Below are positions 47,951 to 57,378 of a DNA stretch of 64,000 bases, piece after piece. Position numbers and translations under genes: made by a program. The stretch is from positions 11,338 through 75,337 of the forward strand of contig DBVW01000021.1 in the NCBI GenBank assembly GCA_002308495.1, in the 5' to 3' direction. Position 1 is the first letter of the stretch; each line of letters begins with the position of its first letter. The notes beneath the pieces are model-generated. The model was not told where the DNA came from. It made no database searches and was given only the letters and a program-made list of their open reading frames with translations. Source of the DNA: Alphaproteobacteria bacterium UBA1254. GTDB taxonomy: Bacteria > Pseudomonadota > Alphaproteobacteria > RF32 > CAG-239.

Positions 47951-50224
47951 TTAAAGAACTTCGCGGCGCCCCACATGATCAGCCGCACTCACCACGCCCT
48001 CTTGCTCCATCCGGTCAATCAAATCAGCCGCTTTATTATAACCGATTCTCAAGCGGCGCTGAATATAGCTTGTAGAGGCTTTTTTGTCGTTGCGAACGAT
48101 TTCAACAGCCTGCTGATAAAGGTCACCGTCCGCTCCGCCCATCGCCGTATTATCAAAAACCGCACCCGTATCCGACGATTCGATTTTTGTTACATCTTCC
48201 ACATATTCCGGCGCACCCTGTGTCTTCAAAAAGTTTGCTACGGCCTCAACTTCGCTGTCTTTTACAAAACTGCCGTGAACACGAAGCGGTTTCATACCGG
48301 TCGGCATATAAAGCATATCGCCCATACCCAAAAGCTGTTCGGCGCCTTTTTCACCCAAAATCGTCATACTGTCAAATTTTGATGTAACCTGAAAACTGAT
48401 TCTCGTCGGGAAATTAGCTTTAATCACGCCCGTGATAACATCAACCGACGGACGCTGCGTCGCCATAATCAGGTGAATACCTGCCGCCCTCGCCTTTTGT
48501 GCTAAGCGTTGAATGGCCGCCTCAACTTCTTTTCGCGCCATAATCATCAAGTCCGCCACTTCATCAACCACAATCACGATATACGGCATCGGCGTCGTAT
48601 CAAGTTCCTGCTTTTCATAAATCGGACGTCCTTCTTCATCAAATCCGACCTGAATTGTCTTTGTCGGTTTTTCTCCTGTCTCGCTTAATTCCTTAAGTTT
48701 TTGGTTATAACCGAAAATATTACGCACATGCAAATCCGAAATTTTGCGATATCTTTCTTCCATTTCGCAAACGGCCCATTTCAAACCCGCCACTGCCTTA
48801 GCCGGATCGGTAATCACCGGCGTCAGCAAATGCGGAATATCATTATACATCGAAAATTCGAGCATCTTCGGGTCAATCATAATCATTTTGCATTCTTGCG
48901 GTGTCATCCGATAAAGAAGCGACAAAATCATCGAGTTCACCCCAACCGACTTACCCGAACCCGTCGTACCGGCAACCAAAAGGTGCGGCATCTTTGCAAG
49001 ATCGGCATACACATTTTTGCCGCTGATATCCTTTCCCAAAACAACGTTAAGTGTATTTTTCGTTTGGCTGAACGCCTCATCTTCAATCAAATCTTTAAAC
49101 CAAACCGTCTCTCGTTTGGCATTCGGAATTTCAATACCGATTGTATCGGTCCCCGGCACAACGGCTATGCGCACCGAAACCGCACACATCGAACGTGCAA
49201 TATCATCCGAAAGCCCGATAACACGCGCGGTTTTCGTTCCCGCAACCGGCTTAAATTCATAAAGCGTAACGACAGGTCCGGGATGCACACCGACAATTTC
49301 ACCGTTTACTCCGAATTCCTGTAAAACTTCTTCCAGATTCTTCGCCGTTGTGTCCATTTCTTTCTGGCTCATCTCAGAACCGCCCTTATCTTTGGGACGC
49401 GAAAGCAAATCCAAACTCGGAAATTGATAACCGCCGACTTTTTTCGTCTGTCTGATTTTCGGCGCAGATACTGCAGAAACTTTCGGCTGAGGCTTTTCTT
49501 TTTTCGGCTCGTTTTCTTTTTCACCGAAAGTCGGCTCCATTCTCAAACGCGCAATACGTTTGTTTTTAACCGCTGTTTTCCTGCCGCGCAAGAAATCGAC
49601 GATTTTGCACAAACCCTTATACATCAAAACATTGAAATAAACTATTTTGAGCGTAATTTTTTTAAACACCTGATACCAGTTCTTAAAAGTCAGCCCCATC
49701 ACAAAATTAAACGCCATTAACGCAACAAAACCCAAAACGCAAACCAAAATCACATTCCGATATTGGTCAAGCTTGCTGTTGTTGAGCACCGTGCCGAGCA
49801 TTTCCAAAATTCTTCTTCCGAAACGCCCCGCAACAGGATATTCTCTTATTGCAATACTGTTTTTAAAAACAATATTAAGCACCGGCGCCAAACAAAAAAC
49901 ACCTATGGCAAAGGCCAACAAACGACATTTAAAAAACATCAGTTCGCCATATCTGAGAAGCCGATATCCCCAAACGAAAAATCCGAGAACGAACAAAGGC
50001 AACGCCAATCCGAGCCCGGCGCTTATTTCCGCGGCATTCGCACCTAAAATCCCGAGCAGATTTTGCGCCGAACCGTCTTTCATATTATTAAAACTCAAAT
50101 CATTTTGATGATACGAAAAAACGGCGATATAAAACAAAACCGCAAGAACAACAAGCAAAAGACCTGTTATTTTTTTCAAAAATTTTCTCAAATTCGTTTC
50201 TTTCTTTTTCGTTTTTTTAGTCAT
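47951..50224 (-). CDS. ftsK: DNA translocase FtsK.
   Basis: N-terminal TM domain, central linker, C-terminal motor with Walker A GTTGSGKS and a winged-helix gamma domain. 757 aa. Confidence 0.9.
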   Translation of the reverse strand: MTKKTKKKETNLRKFLKKITGLLLVVLAVLFYIAVFSYHQNDLSFNNMKDGSAQNLLGILGANAAEISAGLGLALPLFVLGFFVWGYRLLRYGELMFFKCRLLAFAIGVFCLAPVLNIVFKNSIAIREYPVAGRFGRRILEMLGTVLNNSKLDQYRNVILVCVLGFVALMAFNFVMGLTFKNWYQVFKKITLKIVYFNVLMYKGLCKIVDFLRGRKTAVKNKRIARLRMEPTFGEKENEPKKEKPQPKVSAVSAPKIRQTKKVGGYQFPSLDLLSRPKDKGGSEMSQKEMDTTAKNLEEVLQEFGVNGEIVGVHPGPVVTLYEFKPVAGTKTARVIGLSDDIARSMCAVSVRIAVVPGTDTIGIEIPNAKRETVWFKDLIEDEAFSQTKNTLNVVLGKDISGKNVYADLAKMPHLLVAGTTGSGKSVGVNSMILSLLYRMTPQECKMIMIDPKMLEFSMYNDIPHLLTPVITDPAKAVAGLKWAVCEMEERYRKISDLHVRNIFGYNQKLKELSETGEKPTKTIQVGFDEEGRPIYEKQELDTTPMPYIVIVVDEVADLMIMARKEVEAAIQRLAQKARAAGIHLIMATQRPSVDVITGVIKANFPTRISFQVTSKFDSMTILGEKGAEQLLGMGDMLYMPTGMKPLRVHGSFVKDSEVEAVANFLKTQGAPEYVEDVTKIESSDTGAVFDNTAMGGADGDLYQQAVEIVRNDKKASTSYIQRRLRIGYNKAADLIDRMEQEGVVSAADHVGRREVL

Positions 50225-50237
50225 AATCTTTCGTCCG

Positions 50238-51062
50238 TTAAATTTGAATTTCCTTTAATTTTTTCAAACTAAGCACAACATCATAACCGATGCAGATGCT
50301 CGGGTCCAATTTTAAGCCCTGCACGTTAAGCGCGCTGCCGGCATGATATTCCAAAACGCGCTGACCGATTGTCTTATCTTCCGGATTTTCAAGCAAAAGC
50401 TGCTGCACCATCGCATCAATTTTAGACTGTCTTTCTTCATCAAAAATCGGTCTGCAGAGCGTCATCACTTCGCTCATCCCCGATGAAACCGCCCCGTGTT
50501 TGAGCAAAAACATCATAAAATCGAAATCCGGATTATCTTCCTCATACCTTGAAAAATCAGGCATAAACCTTTCTTTGTTAATCATAATGGTTGAATTCGA
50601 AACGGGGTTTTTCAAGCTGTAATTGAGCATATTAAGCTCTCTCAGCGAATGATAACAGCCGATTGAAAGCAAATTACACTTATCGTCCGCAAAAGCATAA
50701 CTTGTATGGCTTATCGGAGTCATATAGCGCAACATAAAAGCAATCTGCTTTGAAAGTTTATCTTTCGTCCAAAAATCTCTCAAGTCCAAAAAGGCTATAA
50801 ACTCACCGTTACAAAGAGAAAAAGCCTGTTGTAAAACATCTTTTTCTTTAAGCGGTTTTTCATTGGCATAAACATAAATTTTCCGCGATCCGTCTAAATA
50901 GCGCTGAAGCTTATTTTTCAGCACATTATGCCCGGTATTGTCCACAATAATCCACTCAACATCGATATATGTCTGATACAAAAAAGACTTTAATGCGGTT
51001 AAATAAAACCGCATTCCCTTTTCCAAAACACTAACGACCGATATCTTTTTTAAGCCTGCCAT
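50238..51062 (-). CDS. Family 2 glycosyltransferase-like protein.
   Basis: ISVVSVL...EWIIVDNTG and FLDLRDFWTKDKL resemble the GT2 DXD region. Confidence 0.5.
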   Translation of the reverse strand: MAGLKKISVVSVLEKGMRFYLTALKSFLYQTYIDVEWIIVDNTGHNVLKNKLQRYLDGSRKIYVYANEKPLKEKDVLQQAFSLCNGEFIAFLDLRDFWTKDKLSKQIAFMLRYMTPISHTSYAFADDKCNLLSIGCYHSLRELNMLNYSLKNPVSNSTIMINKERFMPDFSRYEEDNPDFDFMMFLLKHGAVSSGMSEVMTLCRPIFDEERQSKIDAMVQQLLLENPEDKTIGQRVLEYHAGSALNVQGLKLDPSICIGYDVVLSLKKLKEIQI

Positions 51063-51156
51063 ATATCCTTGTTTGATATTAAATGATAAAACTTGACTTT
51101 AAATAAATTTATCTTTAAATTCCCAATAAATAATTAATAAAAAGAGGTTTTTTACT

Positions 51157-52101
51157 ATGAAATACGCTTTTGTATTTCCCGGGCAAGGCTCTCAACAAGT
51201 CGGTATGGGGCTTGATTTGTATCAAAACTTCAAAGCGGCCAAAGATGTTTTTGATGAAGTTGATGATGCCTTAAATCAAAATCTTTTCAAATTAATGACC
51301 GAAGGTCCGGCAAACGAACTGACCTTAACATCAAACGCCCAACCTGCCATTATGGCTGTTTCCATGGCTGTTATTAAAGTGCTCGAAAAAGAATTTTCGG
51401 TTGATTTAAAATCAAAATTATCTTACCTCGCGGGGCATTCTTTAGGCGAATATACCGCAGCCTGCACATCAGGCGTTTTTTCTTTATCTGATACGGCAAA
51501 GCTTTTACGCAAACGCGGTGATGCAATGCAAAAAGCTGTTCCTATCGGCGTCGGCGGCATGGTTGCCGTTTTAGGTTTATCTCATCACGACACAGATGCT
51601 TTAATCGAAGCCTGCATTGAGCCGAACACAATCTGCGTTGCCGCAAACGACAATGCCGAAGGCCAGGTTGTTCTTTCGGGACACCTGTCCGTTCTTGAAA
51701 AGATTATTGAAACAGCGCCCGAATTCGGTGCCAAAAAAGCCGTCATGCTGCCGGTGAGCGCGCCGTTTCACAGTCCTCTGATGAAACCTGCCGAAATCCT
51801 CATGGCAAAAGCGCTTGAAAAGATTGAAAGTTTTGAACCTCAAATTCCGCTTATTTCAAACTTCACCGCCGAAATTTCATCTTCAAAAGACGAAATCATC
51901 AAAAATCTGATAAAACAAATCACGGGCCGTGTTCGTTGGCGTGAAACAACAGATTTTTTAAATGAAAACGGCATCACCGATATCATTGAAATCGGCCCTT
52001 CAAACGTTCTTTCGAACATGATTAAACGTTCATATAAAGACATTTTCACCGCTTCAATCGGCACACCGAGCCAAATTGAAGAATTGGTCAACAACCTATA
52101 A
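51157..52101 (+). CDS. fabD: Malonyl-CoA:ACP transacylase.
   Basis: GHSLGEY active-site motif, 314 aa. Confidence 0.9.
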   Translation: MKYAFVFPGQGSQQVGMGLDLYQNFKAAKDVFDEVDDALNQNLFKLMTEGPANELTLTSNAQPAIMAVSMAVIKVLEKEFSVDLKSKLSYLAGHSLGEYTAACTSGVFSLSDTAKLLRKRGDAMQKAVPIGVGGMVAVLGLSHHDTDALIEACIEPNTICVAANDNAEGQVVLSGHLSVLEKIIETAPEFGAKKAVMLPVSAPFHSPLMKPAEILMAKALEKIESFEPQIPLISNFTAEISSSKDEIIKNLIKQITGRVRWRETTDFLNENGITDIIEIGPSNVLSNMIKRSYKDIFTASIGTPSQIEELVNNL

Positions 52102-52117
52102 ACGAAAGGAAAAACTT

Positions 52118-52855
52118 ATGTTTCAATTAAACGACAAAGTAGCATTAATCACCGGCGCCTCGGGCGGCTTGGGCGATAAAATTGCACGCACACTTCATGC
52201 GCAAGGTGCCAAACTTGCCTTAACGGATATGCGTCCCGAAGGTATGGAAAAACTCAAAAATGAATTGGGCGAAAATGTTAAATGCTTTGTTGCGAACCTT
52301 TCAAACGCGGATGAAATCAAAAATCTCGTTACCGATGTCGAAAAAGAATTCGGCCGGATTGATATTTTAATCAACAACGCCGGCTTAACAAGAGACAATT
52401 TGTTTATGCGTATGTCTGATGAAGAATGGCAACTTGTTTTAGACGTTAACCTAACCGCCGGTTTCAAACTTGCCAAAGCGGCCGTTCGCGGCATGATGAA
52501 ACGTCGTTTCGGACGCATCATCGGCATTGCTTCCGTTGTCGGTGTCATGGGCAACGCCGGACAAGCCAACTATGCCGCCTCAAAAGCCGGTATGATTGCT
52601 ATGAACAAGTGCCTTGCCCAAGAGGTCGGTTCACGAAACGTTACAGTTAACTCTATTGCTCCGGGCTTTATCCGCACGCCGATGACAGATGTTTTGCCTG
52701 ATGATGTTAAAGCCAATTTGCTTTCAAAAATCCCTGAAGCCCGCCTCGGCGAAGCACAGGATATTGCAAACGTTGTGGCTTTCTTAGCCTCTGATGAAGC
52801 GGCCTACATCACCGGTCAGACAATCCACGTCAACGGCGGCATGGCAATGATTTAA
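52118..52855 (+). CDS. fabG: 3-oxoacyl-ACP reductase.
   Basis: TGASGGLG Rossmann motif, YAASK catalytic dyad. Start at MFQLND (52118) rather than the track's 52076. Confidence 0.85.
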   Translation: MFQLNDKVALITGASGGLGDKIARTLHAQGAKLALTDMRPEGMEKLKNELGENVKCFVANLSNADEIKNLVTDVEKEFGRIDILINNAGLTRDNLFMRMSDEEWQLVLDVNLTAGFKLAKAAVRGMMKRRFGRIIGIASVVGVMGNAGQANYAASKAGMIAMNKCLAQEVGSRNVTVNSIAPGFIRTPMTDVLPDDVKANLLSKIPEARLGEAQDIANVVAFLASDEAAYITGQTIHVNGGMAMI

Positions 52856-52887
52856 AAAAACACGACAATCTTTTTTCAACTCATAAA

Positions 52888-52917
52888 AAATTCGGAAATT
52901 TTTCCGAATTTTTTTAA
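52888..52917 (+). terminator. Rho-independent terminator after fabG.
   Basis: ttcggaaa-ttt-ttccgaa then TTTTTTT. Confidence 0.65.
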
Positions 52918-52978
52918 TGTTTTTAAACCATTCAATCTTATATTAAAGCCAATAATTGTTATTATAAGGATTAAACCA

Positions 52979-55444
52979 TTGACAAAGCAATCAAAATCAA
53001 AGATTAACGAACTGGATAAAGCTCGTCTTAAACTCTCTATTGAGCACTATATCAAATATTTTATCGGCAAACGCCCGGTCGAACTCACAAAGGAAGAAAC
53101 GCTCCAGGCAATTTCGCTTGCCGTTCGTGAATTTGCGCTTGATAACATGTATCGCACGATTTCCCGCTACAATGAAGTCGGCTCAAAACGCGTTTATTAC
53201 CTCTCAATTGAATATCTGCTCGGAAAATCGCTTGAAAACAACCTTCACAACCTTGATTTGTTCAAGCTTATTCAAGAAATCAAAATTAAAGGAATGCCGA
53301 ATCTTTCCATGACGGATATTTATGATGCGGAATATGACCCGGCTCTGGGCAACGGCGGTTTAGGAAGATTAGCGGCCTGTTACCTTGATTCGATGGCGTC
53401 CTTAGGTATTGCCGGCTTCGGCTACGGCATCAACTACCAATTCGGTTTGTTCAAACAAAAATTTGAAAACGGCTGGCAAATCGAACAAACGGATACATGG
53501 CTTTGCGAAGAGTCCCCGTGGCAATTCCCGCGTCATGACCGCAGAGTAACCATTCCGATTAACGGCCGTGTTGAAAGTTATCAATCGGCCGGCGGACGAA
53601 CTTATTTTGCTTGGGTAGACACGAACACGATTTACGGTGTCCCGTATGATTTTCCGATTGTCGGTTACAACGGCAAAGCCGTCAACTATCTGCGTCTTTT
53701 CTCCGCAAAAACAGACGACCAGTTAAACATCAAAATTTTCAATGAAGGCGGTTATATGGAAGCCGTCAAAGATAAGATCCAAACCGAAACGGTTTCAAAA
53801 GTTCTTTATCCGGCCGACAACATTGAACCCGGCAAACATCTGCGTCTTTTACAGCAATATTTCTTCGTTTCCTGTGCCGTTCAAGACATTATCCGCCGTT
53901 TTCTTGAAAAGAGCGACAACTTCAAAAAAATGCCCGAATATGTCTGCATTCAGTTAAACGACACACACCCGGCACTGGCCATTGTTGAAATGATGCGTCT
54001 CTTGATGGACCAATACGGGCTTGAGTGGGATGATGCTTGGGCAATCACAACCAAAATTTTTGCCTACACCAACCACACTCTGCTTCCCGAAGCGCTTGAA
54101 AAATGGCCGACACGCATTTTAGGAAAGATGCTCCCGCGCCACTTGCAAATTATCTATGAAATCAACAGACGTTTCATGCAATTTGCCCGCGAAAAATTCG
54201 GCAACAACAGCGCCAAACTTGAAAAAGTCAGCATTGTTTCCGGTGAAGGTGACAATCAGGTTATCCGCATGGCAAATCTCTCGATTGTCGGTTCGTTTTC
54301 CGTCAACGGTGTCGCCAAATTACACACCGAACTGATTAAAACAACTCTGGTGCCCGAATTTTACGAACTTTACGAGAAAAAATTCATTAACATCACAAAC
54401 GGCATCACCCCGCGTCGTTGGCTTTTGCACGCGAACACTCAGCTTTCCGATTTAATCTCTTCTAAAATCGGCAAGAGTTGGATCACAAACCTCGAAGACC
54501 TCAAAAAACTGGAGCCGTTTGCAAAAGATAAAAAATTCGTTCAAAAATTTGAAGAAATCAAAAAAAGCAACAAAGAGCGCCTTGCTTTTGAAATTTTCAA
54601 GACAACCGGCGAAGTTGTTGATGCAAACAGCATTTACATTATCCACGCTAAACGCATTCATGAATACAAGCGTCAGCTTTTATCCATCTTGCAGGTGATC
54701 GGCGATTATTTCTCAATTATTTACGACAACATTCGCCCGAATGTTAAAAAGACTTACATTTTTGCGGGCAAAGCAGCGCCTTCATATTCTTATGCAAAGC
54801 TGATTATCAAATTAATCAACAACGTTGCCGATGTGGTTAATCACGATCCGCGCGTCGAGGGTATGCTCAAAGTCGTCTTCATGCCTGATTATAAAGTCTC
54901 GCTTGCTGAAAAATTAATGCCGGCGGCCGATATCAGCCTCCAAGTTTCGACAGCGGGCTTTGAAGCTTCCGGAACCGGCAACATGAAATTTGCCTTAAAC
55001 GGTGCCTTAACCGTTGGAACTTATGACGGTGCAAATATTGAAATCAGGGAAAAAGTCGGTGCCGAAAACTTTTATCTGTTCGGCTTAAAAGATGACCAAA
55101 TCCGCGCGATGCGTCCGACTTACAATTCACGCGAACTCTACGAAAAATCGGAATATATCAAGCGAATTGTTTCATCACTCAATTCGAACATATTCTGCCA
55201 AAGAGATCATGCCTTTTTGTTCAAACCGATATACGACAACCTCTTAAACAATGACTTTTTCTTCGTTTTAGCCGATTTGGAAGACTTTAACAAAACGATT
55301 CACAAGGCTCAAGATGATTACTTAAAGCCGGAAGTTTGGTTCAAAAAAGCGATTTTAAATGTTGCGCGCATCGGCTACTTCTCATCTGACCGCGCCATTA
55401 TGGAATATGCTAAAAAGATTTGGCATATTAAACCCGTGGAATAA
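52979..55444 (+). CDS. glgP: Glycogen/maltodextrin phosphorylase.
   Basis: EASGTGNMKFALNGALTVGTYDGANIEI PLP-site motif. 821 aa. TTG start. Confidence 0.9.
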   Translation: MTKQSKSKINELDKARLKLSIEHYIKYFIGKRPVELTKEETLQAISLAVREFALDNMYRTISRYNEVGSKRVYYLSIEYLLGKSLENNLHNLDLFKLIQEIKIKGMPNLSMTDIYDAEYDPALGNGGLGRLAACYLDSMASLGIAGFGYGINYQFGLFKQKFENGWQIEQTDTWLCEESPWQFPRHDRRVTIPINGRVESYQSAGGRTYFAWVDTNTIYGVPYDFPIVGYNGKAVNYLRLFSAKTDDQLNIKIFNEGGYMEAVKDKIQTETVSKVLYPADNIEPGKHLRLLQQYFFVSCAVQDIIRRFLEKSDNFKKMPEYVCIQLNDTHPALAIVEMMRLLMDQYGLEWDDAWAITTKIFAYTNHTLLPEALEKWPTRILGKMLPRHLQIIYEINRRFMQFAREKFGNNSAKLEKVSIVSGEGDNQVIRMANLSIVGSFSVNGVAKLHTELIKTTLVPEFYELYEKKFINITNGITPRRWLLHANTQLSDLISSKIGKSWITNLEDLKKLEPFAKDKKFVQKFEEIKKSNKERLAFEIFKTTGEVVDANSIYIIHAKRIHEYKRQLLSILQVIGDYFSIIYDNIRPNVKKTYIFAGKAAPSYSYAKLIIKLINNVADVVNHDPRVEGMLKVVFMPDYKVSLAEKLMPAADISLQVSTAGFEASGTGNMKFALNGALTVGTYDGANIEIREKVGAENFYLFGLKDDQIRAMRPTYNSRELYEKSEYIKRIVSSLNSNIFCQRDHAFLFKPIYDNLLNNDFFFVLADLEDFNKTIHKAQDDYLKPEVWFKKAILNVARIGYFSSDRAIMEYAKKIWHIKPVE

Positions 55445-55593
55445 CTTAAATTTTTTCTTTCAACGGCGTCTGTTGCCTCAATGACGACAGGCGCTTTTCT
55501 TTTTATTCCTGTCAATTAAAAAAGTTTTTAAATTGCAATAAAATTTTTTTGCATATATAGTCAAACATATTAAAAAATAAGGAGTTTTTTTCT

Positions 55594-56238
55594 ATGAGCT
55601 ATACATCTGTTTTTGTTCTTTGGGCAATCATCGGTTATTTTTTCGGATCGATTCCTTTCGGTCTCGTCTTAACACGTTTGGCAGGCTATGGTGATATCCG
55701 AAAAATCGGTTCGGGCAACATCGGCGCCACCAATGTTTTGCGCACAGGCAACAAAACACTTGCTCTTTTAACGGTTATTCTTGATGCTTTCAAAGCCGGT
55801 TTTGCTGCTTATTTGGCCTATCATCTGGTCTCAACGGATGAATATTACTTTATGAATAACGGCACCTCGGTCAACGTTCTTGCCTCGCTCTTTGCGGGAA
55901 CGGCGGGTATCTTGGGACACATGTTTCCGGTTTGGCTTAAATTCAAAGGCGGAAAAGGTATTTCCTCCGCACTCGGTCTACTTTTGGTAACTTTCTGGCA
56001 AATCGGTCTTATTGCTTTAGGTGTTTGGCTTTTAATGGCTTTTATTTTCCGCTATTCGTCTCTTTCGGCTCTGACAGCTGCCGTCGTTGTTCCTTTTGCG
56101 ACTTTCCTGCTGGCCCCTCCCGTTTATCTTTATTTCTACAGTTTTATCGTTCTTTTGGTTATTTTTAAACACCGCGCAAACATCAAAAGGTTGCTCACGG
56201 GAGAAGAAAGCAAAATAACATTCAAAAAGAAAGCTTAA
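55594..56238 (+). CDS. plsY: Glycerol-3-phosphate acyltransferase PlsY.
   Basis: GSGNIGATNVLRTGNK motif, 214 aa. Confidence 0.85.
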   Translation: MSYTSVFVLWAIIGYFFGSIPFGLVLTRLAGYGDIRKIGSGNIGATNVLRTGNKTLALLTVILDAFKAGFAAYLAYHLVSTDEYYFMNNGTSVNVLASLFAGTAGILGHMFPVWLKFKGGKGISSALGLLLVTFWQIGLIALGVWLLMAFIFRYSSLSALTAAVVVPFATFLLAPPVYLYFYSFIVLLVIFKHRANIKRLLTGEESKITFKKKA

Positions 56239-56241
56239 ATA

Positions 56242-57378
56242 TTGGAAACATCTGCACTTCTTGACTATATTCAATTTATTTTAACCGATGGTATCGGACC
56301 TGTTTCGTTTCGCAAATATATTGACAATTACGGCTCCGTTTCTGAAAGTTTAAAGCAGCTTTCCTTAAAGAAAAATCTTTTTCCGCGCAAATCAGCTGAA
56401 GAAGAGCTTCAAAAAGCCCAAAAACAAAACATCAAAATCCTGACTTTTGAAGATGCGGACTATCCCGCTCTTTTAAAACAGCTCAATGATGCGCCGCCGA
56501 TTTTATACGCCAAAGGCAATCTTGATTTGCTGAATTATCCGGCAACCCTGGCCATAGTCGGTTCGCGCAATGCGTCTGTAGCAGGGCGAAAAATTGCCTC
56601 ACGTATCGCCTACGACCTAACAAACAATGATGTTTTGGTTGTTTCCGGTATGGCGCGCGGTATCGATTCGGCAGCGCACAAAGGCGCCTTATATGCCAAA
56701 AACGAACAGGCGCCGACCGTTGCTGTTTTAGGAACCGGTGTTGATATCTGCTATCCCGAAGAAAATCAAGAATTATACGAACAAATTGCCTCACAGGGTG
56801 TTATCATTTCCGAATTTCCGCTCGGCACTGCGGCAAACGTCTCAAATTTTCCGCGCCGAAACCGCATTGTTTCGGCATTAAGCATGGGGGTTTTGGTTGT
56901 TGAAGCCTCGTTAAATTCCGGCTCGCTGATTACGGCGCGTTTAGCACTTGAACAAGGCAAAGACATTTTTGCCGTCCCGGGTTCCCCGTTTGAAAACAAA
57001 TCTGCCGGATGCAACAAACTCATTAAAGAAGGCGCTCTTTTAACGGAAAATGCCGATGATATTTTACAAACATTAGCGCTCACTCAAAACCGAACGTTAA
57101 AAACACATCAAAACGCAACGTTAAAATCAAAACCTCTTGACTTTGAAAAAAAACAAGTCAATATTGTGCCGAAACAAAAAAGCTCGGCGGACAGCAATAA
57201 AATTTTGCAAATCATCGGTGCGGCAGGTATTGAACAAGACGACTTAATACGCCATTTAAAGATGAAAGCAAATGATGTTATGGTCATCATTACCGAGCTT
57301 GAGCTTGAAGGGTTAATAACAAAGCAAAACTCGAGCTTTTTAAGTTTAACAAAAGAAGGTTTAAGGCTAGTAAAATGA
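56242..57378 (+). CDS. dprA: DNA processing protein DprA (Smf).
   Basis: LAIVGSRNASVAGRKIA...VVSGMARGIDSAAHKGAL Rossmann-fold DprA motifs. Confidence 0.85.
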   Translation: METSALLDYIQFILTDGIGPVSFRKYIDNYGSVSESLKQLSLKKNLFPRKSAEEELQKAQKQNIKILTFEDADYPALLKQLNDAPPILYAKGNLDLLNYPATLAIVGSRNASVAGRKIASRIAYDLTNNDVLVVSGMARGIDSAAHKGALYAKNEQAPTVAVLGTGVDICYPEENQELYEQIASQGVIISEFPLGTAANVSNFPRRNRIVSALSMGVLVVEASLNSGSLITARLALEQGKDIFAVPGSPFENKSAGCNKLIKEGALLTENADDILQTLALTQNRTLKTHQNATLKSKPLDFEKKQVNIVPKQKSSADSNKILQIIGAAGIEQDDLIRHLKMKANDVMVIITELELEGLITKQNSSFLSLTKEGLRLVK